Counted from the first letter of the stretch, positions 26,202 through 39,754 are shown. The stretch is DNA of 64,000 bases from Eledone cirrhosa (GCA_964016885.1 OZ024740.1:122264001-122328000); one strand, 5' to 3'. Notes: generated from the letters alone by a model not told the origin. Program-made: numbers and translations.

Positions 26202-29200
26202 TTACAGACACATACTCAGAGAAGGCCCATTCATACGGGCCATACTTGCTTCTCTCACCCATTTTTCAACAAAATGCTGGGAAGAGAGCACTTCCCTCTC
26301 TACCCTGATTTTCCTTTTCAAATGAAATTTGAAAAAGTTAATCAGGGCATCACCAAAGAGGTAAGTGCTCGTCTTCAGCCCTTTCAGACGTGTCCACCAT
26401 ACTATCTCTTTCGCCATCGCCACCAGACAGTTAAAAACTGCCTGCCCTTCCCGGCTAAAGGAAGAGGGCGGGGCAATCCTCACGATGGACTCAGCTTATA
26501 GCTCGATCCGTCCTACACGTGACAGCAGGTGTTCGACATAAACCCACAAGTCAGGAATGCTCGGACACTGGACGAGTGCGTGCAGCACGGTTTTGTCGCC
26601 CTGTGCGCATCTCGGACATGCCCGGCTGACGGCACCTCCATGCCTGTAGAGTTTATCCCGAACTGGCAAAATTCTCGGTAGCACTGCCAGGCCAGGGATT
26701 TCTGGAAGTTGTCCATAGGCCCCGGCCCGAAAGTCCTTCCGAAGAGATTGGCTAGTTGATTTTCGTCGACGCCTAGAGTTTCTCCAAGTACGTCGTCGCT
26801 CTTCCCCTCCACTAATACCCTATAGAACGCCAAGGTGGAGTTTCCACCGATCACATTGCCCGATTGGTCGAGGGCTGTGAGCGCCTAAAGACATTCCAGT
26901 CTCCAAGCGCTCCCTCTCGGTCTTCGCTTGATCCAGGACTGCAGCTCCGTCAAGGAGACGAGCTGGGGAAAAACGTGTCTAGCAAACGGCGACCACACCT
27001 GATCACCGTCGAGGAAGAGGTGGAGATGTCGTAGCCTGAGCGCGTGTCTGCGCATCATCAGCCATGGCATGCCCAGCCCTCCACGTAGCGGGTGTTGACA
27101 GCAGATGGACCGCCTGACCATCGGAGCGCGTCCCTTCCACAAGAAGCGAAAGATCAAACGCTCCAACGCAGTCAGGCGGGGCTTAGGACAAGGTACGACG
27201 GTAAGGCGGTAGTAGATGACGGACGCGATGTACGCGTTAGCCACCTCCGCTCGACCTTTCAGGGATAGCTTCCTCTCGGCCATTTCTGGGTCAGAGAAGC
27301 CACCCTGCTCGTCACCTCGTCCCTGTTTTTGTCCGTCTGGAAGTCTGGACGGAACCAGACCCATAGCAATTTAACCGGTCCGTCCGTCCAGCGCCCGACG
27401 ACGCTGTTGGACGGCATGAACCTGCCTCTCCAGATGCCGAGCTGCAGGCCCACTGACTTTTCCTGGTTGATCATTGCTCCTGTCACCGCTTCGTATTCTC
27501 TTAGTGTAGTGCCTATCGCCTCGATGTGTTTGGCGTTCGACAACACTACGGTGACATCGTCCGCATATGCTGACACGGATCTTCCGCATCCTAGTTCGCG
27601 CGGAACCCCACTCAACGTCTCCAGTTTATGCAGTAATGGCTCGAGAGTCAATACGTACAATAGGGACGAGAGGGGACATCCTTGGCGGACCGAGCGCATG
27701 ATGTTGAACGGTTCCGAAAGGTGACCGTTCACTCTCACTACAGAGCAGATGTCGCTGTGCATGGCAGCGATCCAGCCTCTGAAGACGGGCCCAAAGCCAG
27801 CCGCCCTCAGGACTGCCGCTAGGTAACGATGGTCGACCCTATCGAAGGCTTTCGACTGATCTAAATTGATCAAAGACCCACACGTGCCAGGTTCCCTAGC
27901 TACCCTCTCTACGATGTATCGCATGAGGTGGTGGGTGTCGTGGATGGATCTGTCGGGAATGGCGCATGTCTGTGCCTCTCCCACCAGACCACCAACGACA
28001 AGCGCCAACATCTTTGCTAACACCTTGACCAAAATCTTGAACTCTGTGTTTAGCAGAGTTATGGGCCTAAAATTATCTATGTTATGCCCCTTGTTCGGAT
28101 CCTTTCTCAGCAGTGCCACTGCTCGTCGGCTTACAGAGCTGGGAATCCTCACGTTCTGTTGCCAGTTGCAGTAGACGTCCGCCAAGTGGCCTCCGAACAA
28201 GTCTGGCATTTGTACGTAAAGTTCATAGGGCAGACCATCCAAACCAGGCGATTTACCGCTTGTGCAGCCAGTCATTGCCTCCCGTACTTCAGCGGTTGTT
28301 ATCGGATTTTCGTAACACTCCGCCTCAGTGGCCGAAAGCCGCGGCAGTCCGTCGAGGTAGACACTAAATCCATCCCTCGACCGGCCCGCCACTGCCTCCG
28401 AACAGTTGAGCTAAGTGTCGCTGAAAAGCTTCACACATTTTCCCGGGATCGAGTAGCATGCGCCCGTCGTGGTCCACCAAAGACCGGATCGTGGCTTTAT
28501 TGCCACGACGCGCCTCCGCCACTCGGGCCCATTGAACGGCTTTCGTCTCCTCGTGTCTGAGAGCACGCACCCTAGCTCTGACAACGCAGCCTTCAGGCTT
28601 TGCATTGAAGAATTGGTCAAGGACCAATTTCGCCGCAAGTACGTCGGTCGCGATGCCTTTGCTAAGCGCCTCGTCTAATTTTCTAACTAATTCTCCCTCT
28701 GCTCTATTTTTCTCTATTGCTAACGCCGTACTAAACCTAATGGACTCTATTCTAATTGCTCTTTTCAGAGCAAACCACCACTTGTTGTTGACGATGGCCC
28801 CCGTCAACGCCCGCTTAACTAGTTCGCTAATCCGGTCTCTGTAGTCCTTGCGCGCTGGTAAGGACGCGTTTAGCTTCCAGTAGCCGGGTCCTCGTCTATG
28901 AAGCCTATCTAAGTAAAGCACACAGATCACGAATTTGTGGTCCGTGTAGTTGACTATCTTGAATTGTGGACAGCCTATGCTAGACCTATCTATTTCCCTA
29001 CAAAATACTCTATCTAGATATGATCTGGATGACCCTATGCGATTTGTCCAAGTCCACATTGGTACATTCGGGAAAACCATTCGGTACCTGTCAGACAGTT
29101 CAAAACGCCTGAGCAGGTTGGTGAGACTCTTGCACCATCCTTCCCTATCCACTAATCCCACACAATCCCAGCGTGCATCTAAGATCCCGTTCCAGTCGCC

Positions 29201-29617
29201 CACTAACACTAAAGAGCGGAACCTTCCAAGAAAGGTCTCCAGACGCCGGAAGAAATCAGGCCGCCCTGCTCCTGCCGGGGCATAGACGGTCACTAACCTG
29301 AAAGCTTGTCCGTCTCCGCTGGTCACGTCCAGCACCACCAACTTACCTTCTGGGTCCAGGAAGATGGCCCGTATGGCAAGATCCAAACGTCTCCGAAAAA
29401 GCACAGCAACTCCTCCTCCCGATCCCGGACGGCTGGGAGATGCGTACACATCGTAGCCGCCGAAGCTCGGTGCGAAGGCCCGTGCTTCGGAGATTCTGGT
29501 CTCGCTGATGGCCACTACATCTATGTTTAGTGACTTGAGGACGTTGAGCAGGTGGCCCTGCTTCCATGACGACCCCAAGCCACGCGCATTTATGCTGCCT
29601 ATTCTGAGTGAGGTCAT
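26202..29617 (-). pseudogene. Tx1 ORF2: AP endonuclease, RT, C-terminal CCHC (frameshifted)
   Basis: SINARGL, AISET, VYAP, VGDWN, SYLDRVF, YTDH, GYWKLN; KSPGLDGLPYE, NFRPITLLN, LDQSKAFDRVDH, VRQGCPLS, SAYADD; GGLGMP; CPRC...HALVQC. Confidence 0.93.
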
Positions 29618-29651
29618 GTTGAAAAGGAGTGGAAAAGATGGGAAAGACCAC

Positions 29652-31641
29652 TTACCTTACTTCTCGTAGGGGAAGGACGGTTTTTTCATCCTTTTCACTG
29701 CTTGTGGCCTCCTCAGGAAGGATGTCCTTATAAATCCTCCTGGAGAGTGCTTGTCGGAAGTCTCCGATGTCTTTGGGGAATTTTTGTTTTAGTGTCATGT
29801 ACGTTTTCTGTGTGATGCGAGTGATTTGTATGTGTGGAGGTGGTGTGAATTTTTGGGTTGTTGTGTAGTTTTTTTTTTCTGTGATGCTGGTGTTGTGTTG
29901 GATGTAATGTAATAATTGCTTGTTGTTCAAATTTAATGCTGTGTAGTTTGTATCGTTTTGGTTGCTTTGTTTTGTTTGCGTTTGTTGTGGGTTTGTTTCT
30001 GTTTCGCATTTTGTTGACTTTTGTGGTGTAGGTGATGGTGGTGTTGAGGTTAATGATAGTGATGGTGTTGGTGTTTGGGTTGATGGGGTTGGTGATGCTG
30101 GTGTGGATGGTGGCATATCTGTCCTAACTTTTTTATTTGTTAATTTATTTGTTTCCCTCTGTATTTTGTTTTTGGAGGGGGAAGGAAGAGAATTTTTTCT
30201 TTTTGGTTTCATTTTTTATTTCCTGACCCCGTTTCCCACTCCTCGTCGTCACAATCTGTCTCCAGTTGTGATAGGCTGCGGAGTGGAAAATCCTCCACAG
30301 GCGTTAGTTTTGGTTGTGGCGTGGTGGATGGTGTAGGCGCTGGTACTAGTTCTGAAGCGGTGGGTGGTGGTGGTGTTGGTTTTGCTGGTGGTGGTGGTGT
30401 TGGTTTTGCTACTGTTGCTGGGGTTGTTGCTGTTATAGTTGCTTCTGTTGTTGCTGCTACAGTTGTTGCTGCCATCTCTGCTACTGGTGGTGTTGATGGT
30501 TGAGTCACTGGGGTGGGTAGGAGAGGTGGCCTCAACCTTTTAGCCTGAGGGCAGAAAACCCTTAGGTGGGTTCCTTCACCACAAACGACACACCTAGGCC
30601 TTTTGCCCTCGACAATTACGGTGAGGTGGCTGCCGTCAGTGATGTCTATTACCTCTGGGATCTCCTCAATGCTTTTTTGGTCCGCTTGGATCAGGAGCTC
30701 CATCCCAGCTCCGGACCAGTTCTCCTGCTTTTCTTTTGCTATTGCTATTATCTTTGTGTTGGCTTCGATGCCGGCGAGGACGGCCGCTATTAGCCAGGGA
30801 ATTTTTGATGGCCGTTCGTGGGTCACCCTGATCTTTACGAGTCTCTGGCCACAATAGCTTGGGACGAGTGTGAAGTCGTCAATTCTTAATGGGGCCATGG
30901 AGTGTTCTCTAGCCTCCTCTGGTGTTTCAAAGAACACGTCCACGGTTCCATACTTCTTCCCACGTCTGATGTGGTTTTTCTTGCCCACACATGTCCCAAA
31001 GCTTTTTGGATTTGGGTCTCGGATGCCCGTTTCACTCGGCGCGATTTTACATTTATTGTTCGATACGACACGGTGCATAGGCGCCGATGCTCCATTTTAT
31101 TAGGTGGGGGGGTAGGGGGTGAGGCTAAACCTGTACCCATCTTTCTTTACCATTTGTTTGGCATTTTCTAATTCCTCCTGAGTTACCGTAAATGCTTCGC
31201 ACTGGTTTGCTACTCTGGCAAAACTCAGGGTTTTTGCTTTAATGTCATTGTTGTTGTTGTTGCTATCGTTATTTTTGTTATTATTAATTTTAGTTTCAGT
31301 TGTGGTGGTGGTGACGTCAGTGAAGTTCGGTTTGGGAGAGTCCATTTTGGTTGAAAATATTTCGACATCACGAGTTGATTTATTTTTTCCTTTTGTTTCT
31401 GTTGTCGCGGTGGTAGTGGGAGGGTTGTCGCGGTGGCGGTCGTGGTGGTGGCGGCTTTAACACCTGCAGGCATTGGTAATGGCGGGAAATGAGTGTCTGC
31501 CTGAGACAAATTTAAAATATTGCTAGTGCTTAAATTGTTTGTGGTGACAAACGTAGTATCATTTACAATGGTGGTGTCTGTGTGAGGTGTTAATTTGTGA
31601 GGGAGGCTTTCAGCTGCTTGGTGCAGAGGTGAATTAGCCAT
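29652..31641 (-). pseudogene. Tx1 ORF1 (gag-like, CCHC knuckle, Pro/Thr-rich), frameshifted
   Basis: Pieces 31225-31641, 31100-31345, 30209-31078 (CVVCGEGTHLRVFC), 29652-30212, directly upstream of ORF2. Confidence 0.85.
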
Positions 31642-31891
31642 TTTTTTTCAAAGAAATTTTTGATAATCATAAAAGTTTAAATTTTGGGCAGAAGGCCCCA
31701 ATCTTTTTGGGTATCCTTTTCGGAAAACAATGTATGTGCGCTTATATATAGTTAACAATAACAATTTTCCATAAATGGCAATTTTTAACAAACGGAAATA
31801 ACAAACCTTTGCGGAGCTCACGATGATACGATTTGATACGTAGGTCGCCAATAATAATAATATTAATAATAATAATAATAATAATAATAAT

Positions 31892-34800
31892 GCTTTCTTG
31901 ATTAACCACAAGAGTTTACATAAAGTAGACATTAAGGACAGTACAGGACAATACAGGACGGTACAAATGTGCATTTCTTCGGGTAAAAAAAACAGAGGAT
32001 GTAATGAAAAATAACAATGAAAAATTCCTCAATATGGGGGAAACTTCCGAGGGACATTTGTGGGGAAGGCCCTTTAAAAGGCCACAGTGACCCTGACCAC
32101 CAGGGCAAGTGCCTTCTCCCAGTTTTCCAGCTAGAATTTACAGACACATACTCAGAGTATGCCCATTCACTCGGGCCATACTTGCTTCTCTCACCCATTT
32201 TTCAACAAAATGCTGGGAAAAGAGCACTTCCCTCTCTACCCTGATTTTCCTTTTCAAATGAAATTTGATAAAGTTAATCAGGGCATCGCCGAAGAGGTAA
32301 GTGCTCGTCTTCAGCCCTTTCAAACGTGTCCACCATACTATCTCTTTCGCCATGGCTATCAGCCAGATATAAGCTGCCTGCCCTTCTCGGGTAAAGACAG
32401 AGGGCGGGGCAATCCTCACGATGGACTCAGCTGATAGCTCGATCCGTCCTACACGTGACAGCAGGTGTTCGACATAAACCCACAAGTCAGCAATGCTCGG
32501 ACACTGGACGAGTGCGTGCAGCACGGTTTCGTCGCCCTGTGCGCATCTCGGACATGCCCGGCTGACGGCACCTCCATGCCTGTAGAGTTTATCCCGAACT
32601 GGCAAACCTCCTCGGAAGCACTGCCAGACCAGGGATTTCCGGAATTTGTCCATAGGCCCCGGCCCGAATTTTCTTCCGAAGAGATTGGCTAGTTGATTTT
32701 CGTCGACGCCTAGAGTTTCCCCAAGTACGTCGTCGCTCTTCCCTACCACTAATCCTCTATAGAACACCGAGGTGGAGTTTCCACCGATCACATTGCCCGA
32801 TTGGTCGAGGGCTGTGAGCGCTTGAAAACATTCCAGTCTCCAAACACTCCCTCTCGGTGTTCGCTTTACCCCGGACTGCAGCTCCGTCAAGGAGACGAGC
32901 TGGGGAACGACGCGTCTAGCAACGGCGACTACACCTGAACATCGTCGAGGTGGACATGTGGTAGCCTGAGCGCGTGCCTGCGCATCATCAGCCACGGCAT
33001 GCCCAGCCTTCCACGTAGTGGCTGTTGACAGCAGATGACCGCCTGGCCATCGGAGCGTGTCCCTTCCACAAAAAGCGAAAGAGCAAACGTTCCAGCGCAG
33101 TCAGGCGGGGCTTAGGACAAGTTACGACGGTCAGGTGGTAGAAGATGACGGACGCGATATACGCGTTAGCCACCTCCGCTCGACCTTTCAGGGATAGCTT
33201 CCTCTCCGCCCATTTCTGGGTGAGAGAAGCCACCCTGCTCGTGAGTTTTTGTCCGTCTAGAGGTCAGGACCGAACCAGACCCCTAGCAATTTAACCGGTC
33301 TGTCCGTCCAGCCCCCGACAACGCTGTTGTACGGTATGGACCTGCATCTCCAGGTGCTGAGCTGCAGGCCCACTGACTTTTCCTGGTTGATCATTGCTCC
33401 TGTCACCGCTTCGTATTCCCTTAGTGTAGTGCCGATCGCCTCGATGAGTTTGGCGTTCGACACCACTACGGTGACATCGTCCGCATAGGCTGACACGGAT
33501 TTTCCGCATCCTAGTTCGCGCGGGAACCCCCTCAACGTCTTCAGTTTGTGCAGTAATGGCTCGAGAGTCAATACGTACAAGAGGGACGAGAGGGGACATC
33601 CTTGGCGGATCGAGCGCAGGATGTTGAACGGTTCCGAAAGGTGACCGTTCACCCTTACCACAGAGCAGATGCCGTTCTGCATGGCAGCGATCCAGCCTCT
33701 GAAGATGGGCTCAAAGCCAGCCGCCTTCAGGACTAGGTAACGATGGTCGACCCTATCGAAAGATTTCGACTGATCTAAATTAATCAAGATCCCACCCGTG
33801 CCAGATTCCCTAGCTACCCTCTTTACGATGTATCGCATAGGTGGAGGTGGTGGTGGATGGATCTGTCGGGAATGGCGCATCTCTGCGCCTCTCCCAACAA
33901 ACCAGCAATGACAAGCGCCAATCTCTTTGCTAGCACCTTGGTCAAAATCTTGAACGCGTGTTTAGCAGAGTTATGGGCCTGAAATTATCTATGTTATCCC
34001 CTTTGTTCGGATCTTTTCTCAGTAGCGCCACAGCTCCTCGGATTACAGAGCTGGGAATTCTCCCGCTCTGTTGCCAGTTGCGGTAGACGTCCGCCAAGAG
34101 GCCTCGGAACAAGTCTGGCATCTGTACGTAAAGTTCATAGGGCAGATCATTGAAACCAAGGGATTTACCCCTTGTGAAGCCAGTCATTGCCTCCCGTACT
34201 TCAGCGGCTGTTATCGGATTTTCGCAACGCTCCGCCTCAGTGGCCGAGAGCCGCGGCAGTTCGTCGAGGTAGACACTAAAGTCCATCCCTCGATCCGGCC
34301 CGCTGTTGCCCCAGAACATCTGACCTCAGTGTCGCTGAAAAGCTTCACACATTTTTCCGGGATCGAGTAGCATGCGACCGTCGTGGTCCACTAAAGACCG
34401 GATCGTGGCTTTGTTGCCAGGACGCGCCTCCACCACTCAGGCCCATTGAACGGCTCTCGTACCCGCGTGTCTGAGAGCACGCACCCTAGCTCTGACAACG
34501 CACCATTCGCGCGTTGCATTGAAGTATTGGTCAAGGGCCAATTTCGCCGCAAGTACGTCGGTCGCGATGCCTTTGCTAAGCGCCTCGTCTAATTATCTAA
34601 CTAGTTCTCCTTCTGCTCTATTTTTCTCTATTGCTAACGCCTTACTAAACCTAATGGACTCTATTCTAATCGCTCTTTTCAGAGCAAACCACGACTTGTT
34701 GTTGACGATGGCCCCCGTCAACGCGCGCTTAACTAGTTCGCTAATCTGGTCTCTGTTGGCCTTGCGGGCTGGTAAGGACGCGTTTAATTTCCAATAGCCG

Positions 34801-37636
34801 GGTCCTCGTCTATGAAGCCTATCTAAGACAAGCACACAGATCACGAATTTATGGTCCGTGTAGCTGACTATCTTGAATTGTGGACAGCCTATGCTAGACC
34901 TATCTATTTCCCTACAAAATACTCTATCTAGATATGATCTGGATGACCCGATGCGATTTGTCCAAGTCACATTGGCACATTTATGAAAGCTTTCGCTTCT
35001 CCGCTGGTCACGTCCAGCACCATCAACTTACCTTCTGGTTAGAGGAAGATGGCCCGTATGGCGAGATCCAAACCTCTCCCAAAAAGCACAGCAACTCTTC
35101 CCCCCGTTCCAGGACGGCTGGGAATTGCGTATACATCGTAGCCGCCGAAGATCGGTGCGAAGGGCCGTGCTTCGGTGATTCTGGTCTCGCTGATGGCCAC
35201 TACACCTATGTTTAGTGACCTGAGTTCGTTGAGCAGGTGGCCCTGCTTCCATAACGACTCCAAGCCACGCGCATTTATGCTGCCTATTCTGAGTGAGGTC
35301 ATGTTGAAATGGAGTAAAAAAGATTGGAAAGACCACATACCTTACTCCTCGTAGAGGAAGGATGGTTACTCCATCCATTTTCACTTGATCGTCTGGTGAA
35401 GGGACCGTTGAATCGTCCCTTCGGCTGGTCGTCGGCTCTTCTGTGAGTATATCTGAATATACTCTCCGGTTGAGTGCCCCTCCTAGATCTCTGAAATCAC
35501 CAACTGCGTTGGGGAATTTCGTTTTGAAGTTTGTGTATTGTTTCTGTGCTATTCTTACCAGTCTTATGTTCGTTAGTGTTCGGATTGGTGCTGGTATTAT
35601 GTAGTCGTGCTGTGAAATGTATGTGTGTTCAATTATGTAAGTCATTAGTTTCTTGTTGTGTGTATTTATTGCCGTGCATTTCTTTTTCTGGGGGTGGGGT
35701 GTGGTTCTGCTATTTTCTTGTCGTTGTTGCTGGGTGTGTGTTTTTTGTTGTTTTTTGCGATGTTGGTGATTGTGGTGATGGTGGTGCTAGTGTGGGTGGT
35801 GATGGTGTTGGTGGTGTTGCTGCTGTAAGTCTCTTTGCAGAAGGCTTTATCCTTTTTTTCATTTCTTTCCTCCCTTTTCGAAGGCGATGTTGCGCTGCCT
35901 CTGCGTTTGTGCCTTCTTGCGACATTTTGCTATCCCTCTCCCACCTCACACTCCATGTCCGATTATGTGCGGTCGGGGAGGGGTACCAGCTCCACTCTTT
36001 CACTTGTTCTTGTTGGTGATGGTTGCAGTGGAGTCTCTGTTGCAGCTGCAGTTGGTATTACTGTTGTTGTTATTAATACTTCCACGGGGGCTGCTTTTCT
36101 TGATTTCCATGGCGTGGGTATGGGTGCCACGGACCTATCCTTCGTGCTTGCCGCCTGTCTTGTTGCTGGTAGCAGTGGAGCCGCTTTCAGAAGGAGGGGG
36201 GTGTTCTCCTTTCTCAGGGTCTTCTCATTGCAGAAGGCCCTGAGGTGAGTCTTCGACCCACAGTGAAAGCATTTCGGGCCTTTGCCCTCAACACTTATGG
36301 GCAGTTGAGTGCCGTTATCGAAGTCTATCACATCCGGGATTGCTTGGATGCACTCCTGGTTGGTTTGGATTAACATTTCAACGGAGGTGCCTACCCAAAT
36401 CTTCTCGTACTTTCTTTTGTACTTGCAGTACAGTTGTTTTGTCCTCGATTCCGACGAGGACAGACGCGGCCAGCCAAGAAGGGGCCATCTCGTTGTGGGT
36501 CAGTTTGACCCTCACAATTGTTTGCCCGCAATAGGAGGGCACCAACGCCATTTCCTCGCTCCGTAAGGTCACTAAGGATTAAGCCTTTGCCTCCTGGGGT
36601 GTGGCAAACACACGTCCACGGTAGCATATTTCTTGCCTCGGGTGATATGCTTTTTGTAGTTGAGTCTCTGTGGCTCTTTCAACCCTACGGGATTTTGTGT
36701 TTACTGTACGGACGTGACCGTACAGTGCTGTTGGGTTTTGAAAACATTTTCGGCTGCCTTGCAGTTGCTCGGTGTCCGGTTTTCGTCACCATCTCCCTTG
36801 CTTCCTGTAATTCCTCATTTGTTATAAGGATGGTTTCCAGGTTCTTTGCGATACCTGCAAACGAGATTGGTTTTTCTTTCTTGTTGTTGTTGTTGTCGTC
36901 AGAGCTACTGTTATTTTGTTGTTGCTGCTGGTACTACGACCGCCGCCGCCGCTGTTGCTGTGGATCTTGTTGTTGTTGCTGCTGCTGCTGTTGTTGTTGC
37001 TGTTGCTGCTGCTGGTCTTGTTGCGGCTGCTACTAGTGTTTTCCTTTTCACTATCGCTGCTGCTGCTGTTATTACGGCGGCTGCTACTGTTATTACGGCG
37101 GCTGCTGCTGTTATTACGGCGGCTGCTGCTGCTATTCTTCATGACGTCAGACGAATGAAATGGCTTTCCGTGTTTACCGCACACATTTTTCGTCGTTGTC
37201 GTCGTGGAGAAATGTTCCACGATATGCACGTGCTCTTGGTGAAAGCTATCAGCAACTATATTTTTCCTTTTCTTTAATGGCGTCGCTTGCAAAAGAGCAG
37301 GGAAGGAGAGAGACACATTTAGAGAAGGGATGGAGAGAGACAATCTTCTCTCTGATGTAGTGACGATTGATGAAGAATAAGACGGAATGAGTGGGAGTGA
37401 CTTGTGAAAATTCTTTTTTGTAGCCATGTTTTTTTGGGGTTAAATATTGGGCACAAAAACCCTATAACTTGTTATTTAATCCTGAAGGCCCAAATAACGG
37501 GCGGAAAGACCCCTCTCACGAGGAGGCGGGTGTCTTTATCTACAATTTGGTTCAAGTTTTAAACAATTTACAATTGTTATAGCGGTTAAAAATTACTATA
37601 CATTACAGAGCCTAGCCTCTGTCAACCATGGCATTC
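31892..37636 (-). mobile_element. Tx1/L1-clade LINE copy B, full length, more decayed, ~230 bp deletion in APE
   Basis: 31892-35370 is colinear with copy A 25951-29682; ORF1 pieces contain ALVPSYCGQ and CFHCGSKTHLRAFC; (TAA)n at 37637-37656. Confidence 0.92.
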
Positions 37637-38632
37637 AATAATAATAATAATAATAAGGTTAGTTTCAGAAGATCCCGTTAAGTAAGAAAGCACCGATTTT
37701 TGCTTAAACTTTAATCTGTTATTTTAATAAATATATATATATGAACATATTGCTATCTTATCATTCTCATCTTTAATTACTTCAATGTGTCAGAAGTCAA
37801 CATAAACTATAGGTTTTTTCTTATGCACACCTTTAATATATTAAATTTCCCAGTTTATATGATTGATTTTATCTTCAGTAATCCTAATATATATACCATA
37901 CGAATTCTACAGAAGGTATACATATAAAAAGGATTAATTGGTTGATGCGTTTAGATATTTTGGAATTTGTGAAATGGGGTGAATACATGTGTGCAGGCAT
38001 GTGGCATGGTGTCTGACGACTGGCAAATGTTCTAACCTGTGTGTCATGGCCTGGCTGCATTAGTTCCATAATCACCAGCGTTGGCTGTTAAACATCTCAG
38101 AAACTACCACTGTCTAAGAAGACAAAGATGCCGAAGAAGGAAACTACTGAAATGCGAGCTTGACTTAATTATCGCTAGGTTACACCATATTACACTATTT
38201 TAGCCAGCGTTTTGTACCCATAGTTTTACCCTTGTGAGGATTTCGTTACGAGAACAACAAGTAAAACAAGATTGATGATTACATATTTATTTATAGACAT
38301 GGAATAATATGAATCTATATAAGAACAATAGATTTAAATATAATCATTCTAAATGCCCATAAACATATTATAGAATATTGGGTACATTTTTCTTTACCTC
38401 ACCTAAATCTATGCAAAAATTGATGATTAACCACAATAAAACAGATCTTATATTTACTGATGGTTATCTCTTTCGATTGAAAGGTTTTAATAAAATGTAT
38501 GCATTGTTTGGCGTTTGGAATCATTTGAAATCATACGTATGTATATATAGTTGATAAAGGAAACAAATCAAACAGAAGGATGCAAAAATACAAAGTCATG
38601 TTAGGTTCACGCTTAGAGGATGTGGAGAAGGG

Positions 38633-38667
38633 TTCTACGTTTCGGACGGAAAGCATTCATCAGGGAC
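38633..38667 (-). ncRNA. Minimal hammerhead-like motif in a probable pLTR remnant
   Basis: Minus strand: cc-CTGATGA-atgctttccgtcc-GAAA-cg-TA-gaa; core boxes intact, stems I and II weak. Confidence 0.55.
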
Positions 38668-38883
38668 GTTCGAATAAGGAGAGATCATGTAGGTATATGA
38701 AAGTTGGGTGTGAACCTTGTGAAAGGAAATTAGGAAAAGACTGTGAGTAAGAGATTGTTAGGTTGGTGTGGTAGGCGAGATCTCCGGCATATGAGAGAGG
38801 GGTCGAAGTGGCACTCCAGGAGTAACATAGATGCGGTTGTGTGTGAACCGAAGGGATGAAATTGATATGCGTGCATTATTGCT

Positions 38884-38935
<52 letters not shown>

Positions 38936-39192
38936 TCAGCGTCTTATATTGGTGTGTGTCAATGTGAATGTTTGTGAATTCTTTGTTTTTTTGTGCATAG
39001 GTGTGCGCGTGTGTGTGTTCGTATGTGTATGGAATGTATTTATATATATATATATATAAATAAGTTCCATGGCGAGTTAGATCTGGCGATGGAGACATAA
39101 AGAAAGATACAAAGAGAACATGTTGCTAAGAAAAGAAATGTCTCGCTGGTTTCATTACCCCTTAATTCTAAACTCGTACGATATATTGTGTT

Positions 39193-39233
<41 letters not shown>

Positions 39234-39330
39234 GTAAGGTTTTTTTTACAAAATGAAAAAAGAACGAGATGTCCTACACGAGTGAAAGTATAAGTAAACA
39301 AGATGAAATGGAAAATGCAACTATATATAT

Positions 39331-39754
39331 ATAATATGAGATCAAAAGATGGTTAAAGGAGTTCCATGTATTTTATTATGCGCATTTCAAAAACAAACAT
39401 CATCATGCAATAATATTTGTGTTTTCATCAGATAAAACAGGAGAACATTATATGAAGGCTAAAAAACACTTGTGGATAGTGCAGTTTTAAATCAGCATAT
39501 ATGTTGATTTAAAACTGCACTATCCACAAGTGTTTTTTAGCCTTCATATAATGTTCTCCTGTTTTATCTGATGAAAACACAAATATTATTGCATGATGAT
39601 ATTTGTTTTTGAAATGCGCATAATAAAATACATGGAACTCCTTTAACCATCTTTTGATCTTATATTATCCATACTCCAGTCCTACAAACTGTATAGTGCT
39701 TCTTATCCGATATCTGCATTGCTTTATTGTACTACAATAAAACTCACCTCCTAC

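Larger units (their letters stand above)
25951..31849 (-). mobile_element. Tx1/L1-clade LINE copy A, full length, inactive
   Basis: ORF1 with zinc knuckle plus APE-RT-CCHC ORF2; (TAA)n on both sides (25903-25950, 31850-31891). Confidence 0.93.

Noticed and set aside
20264-37360. Overlapping antisense and alternate-frame ORFs in the LINE stack
   Set aside because: Shadows of GC-richer LINE ORFs with no independent motifs
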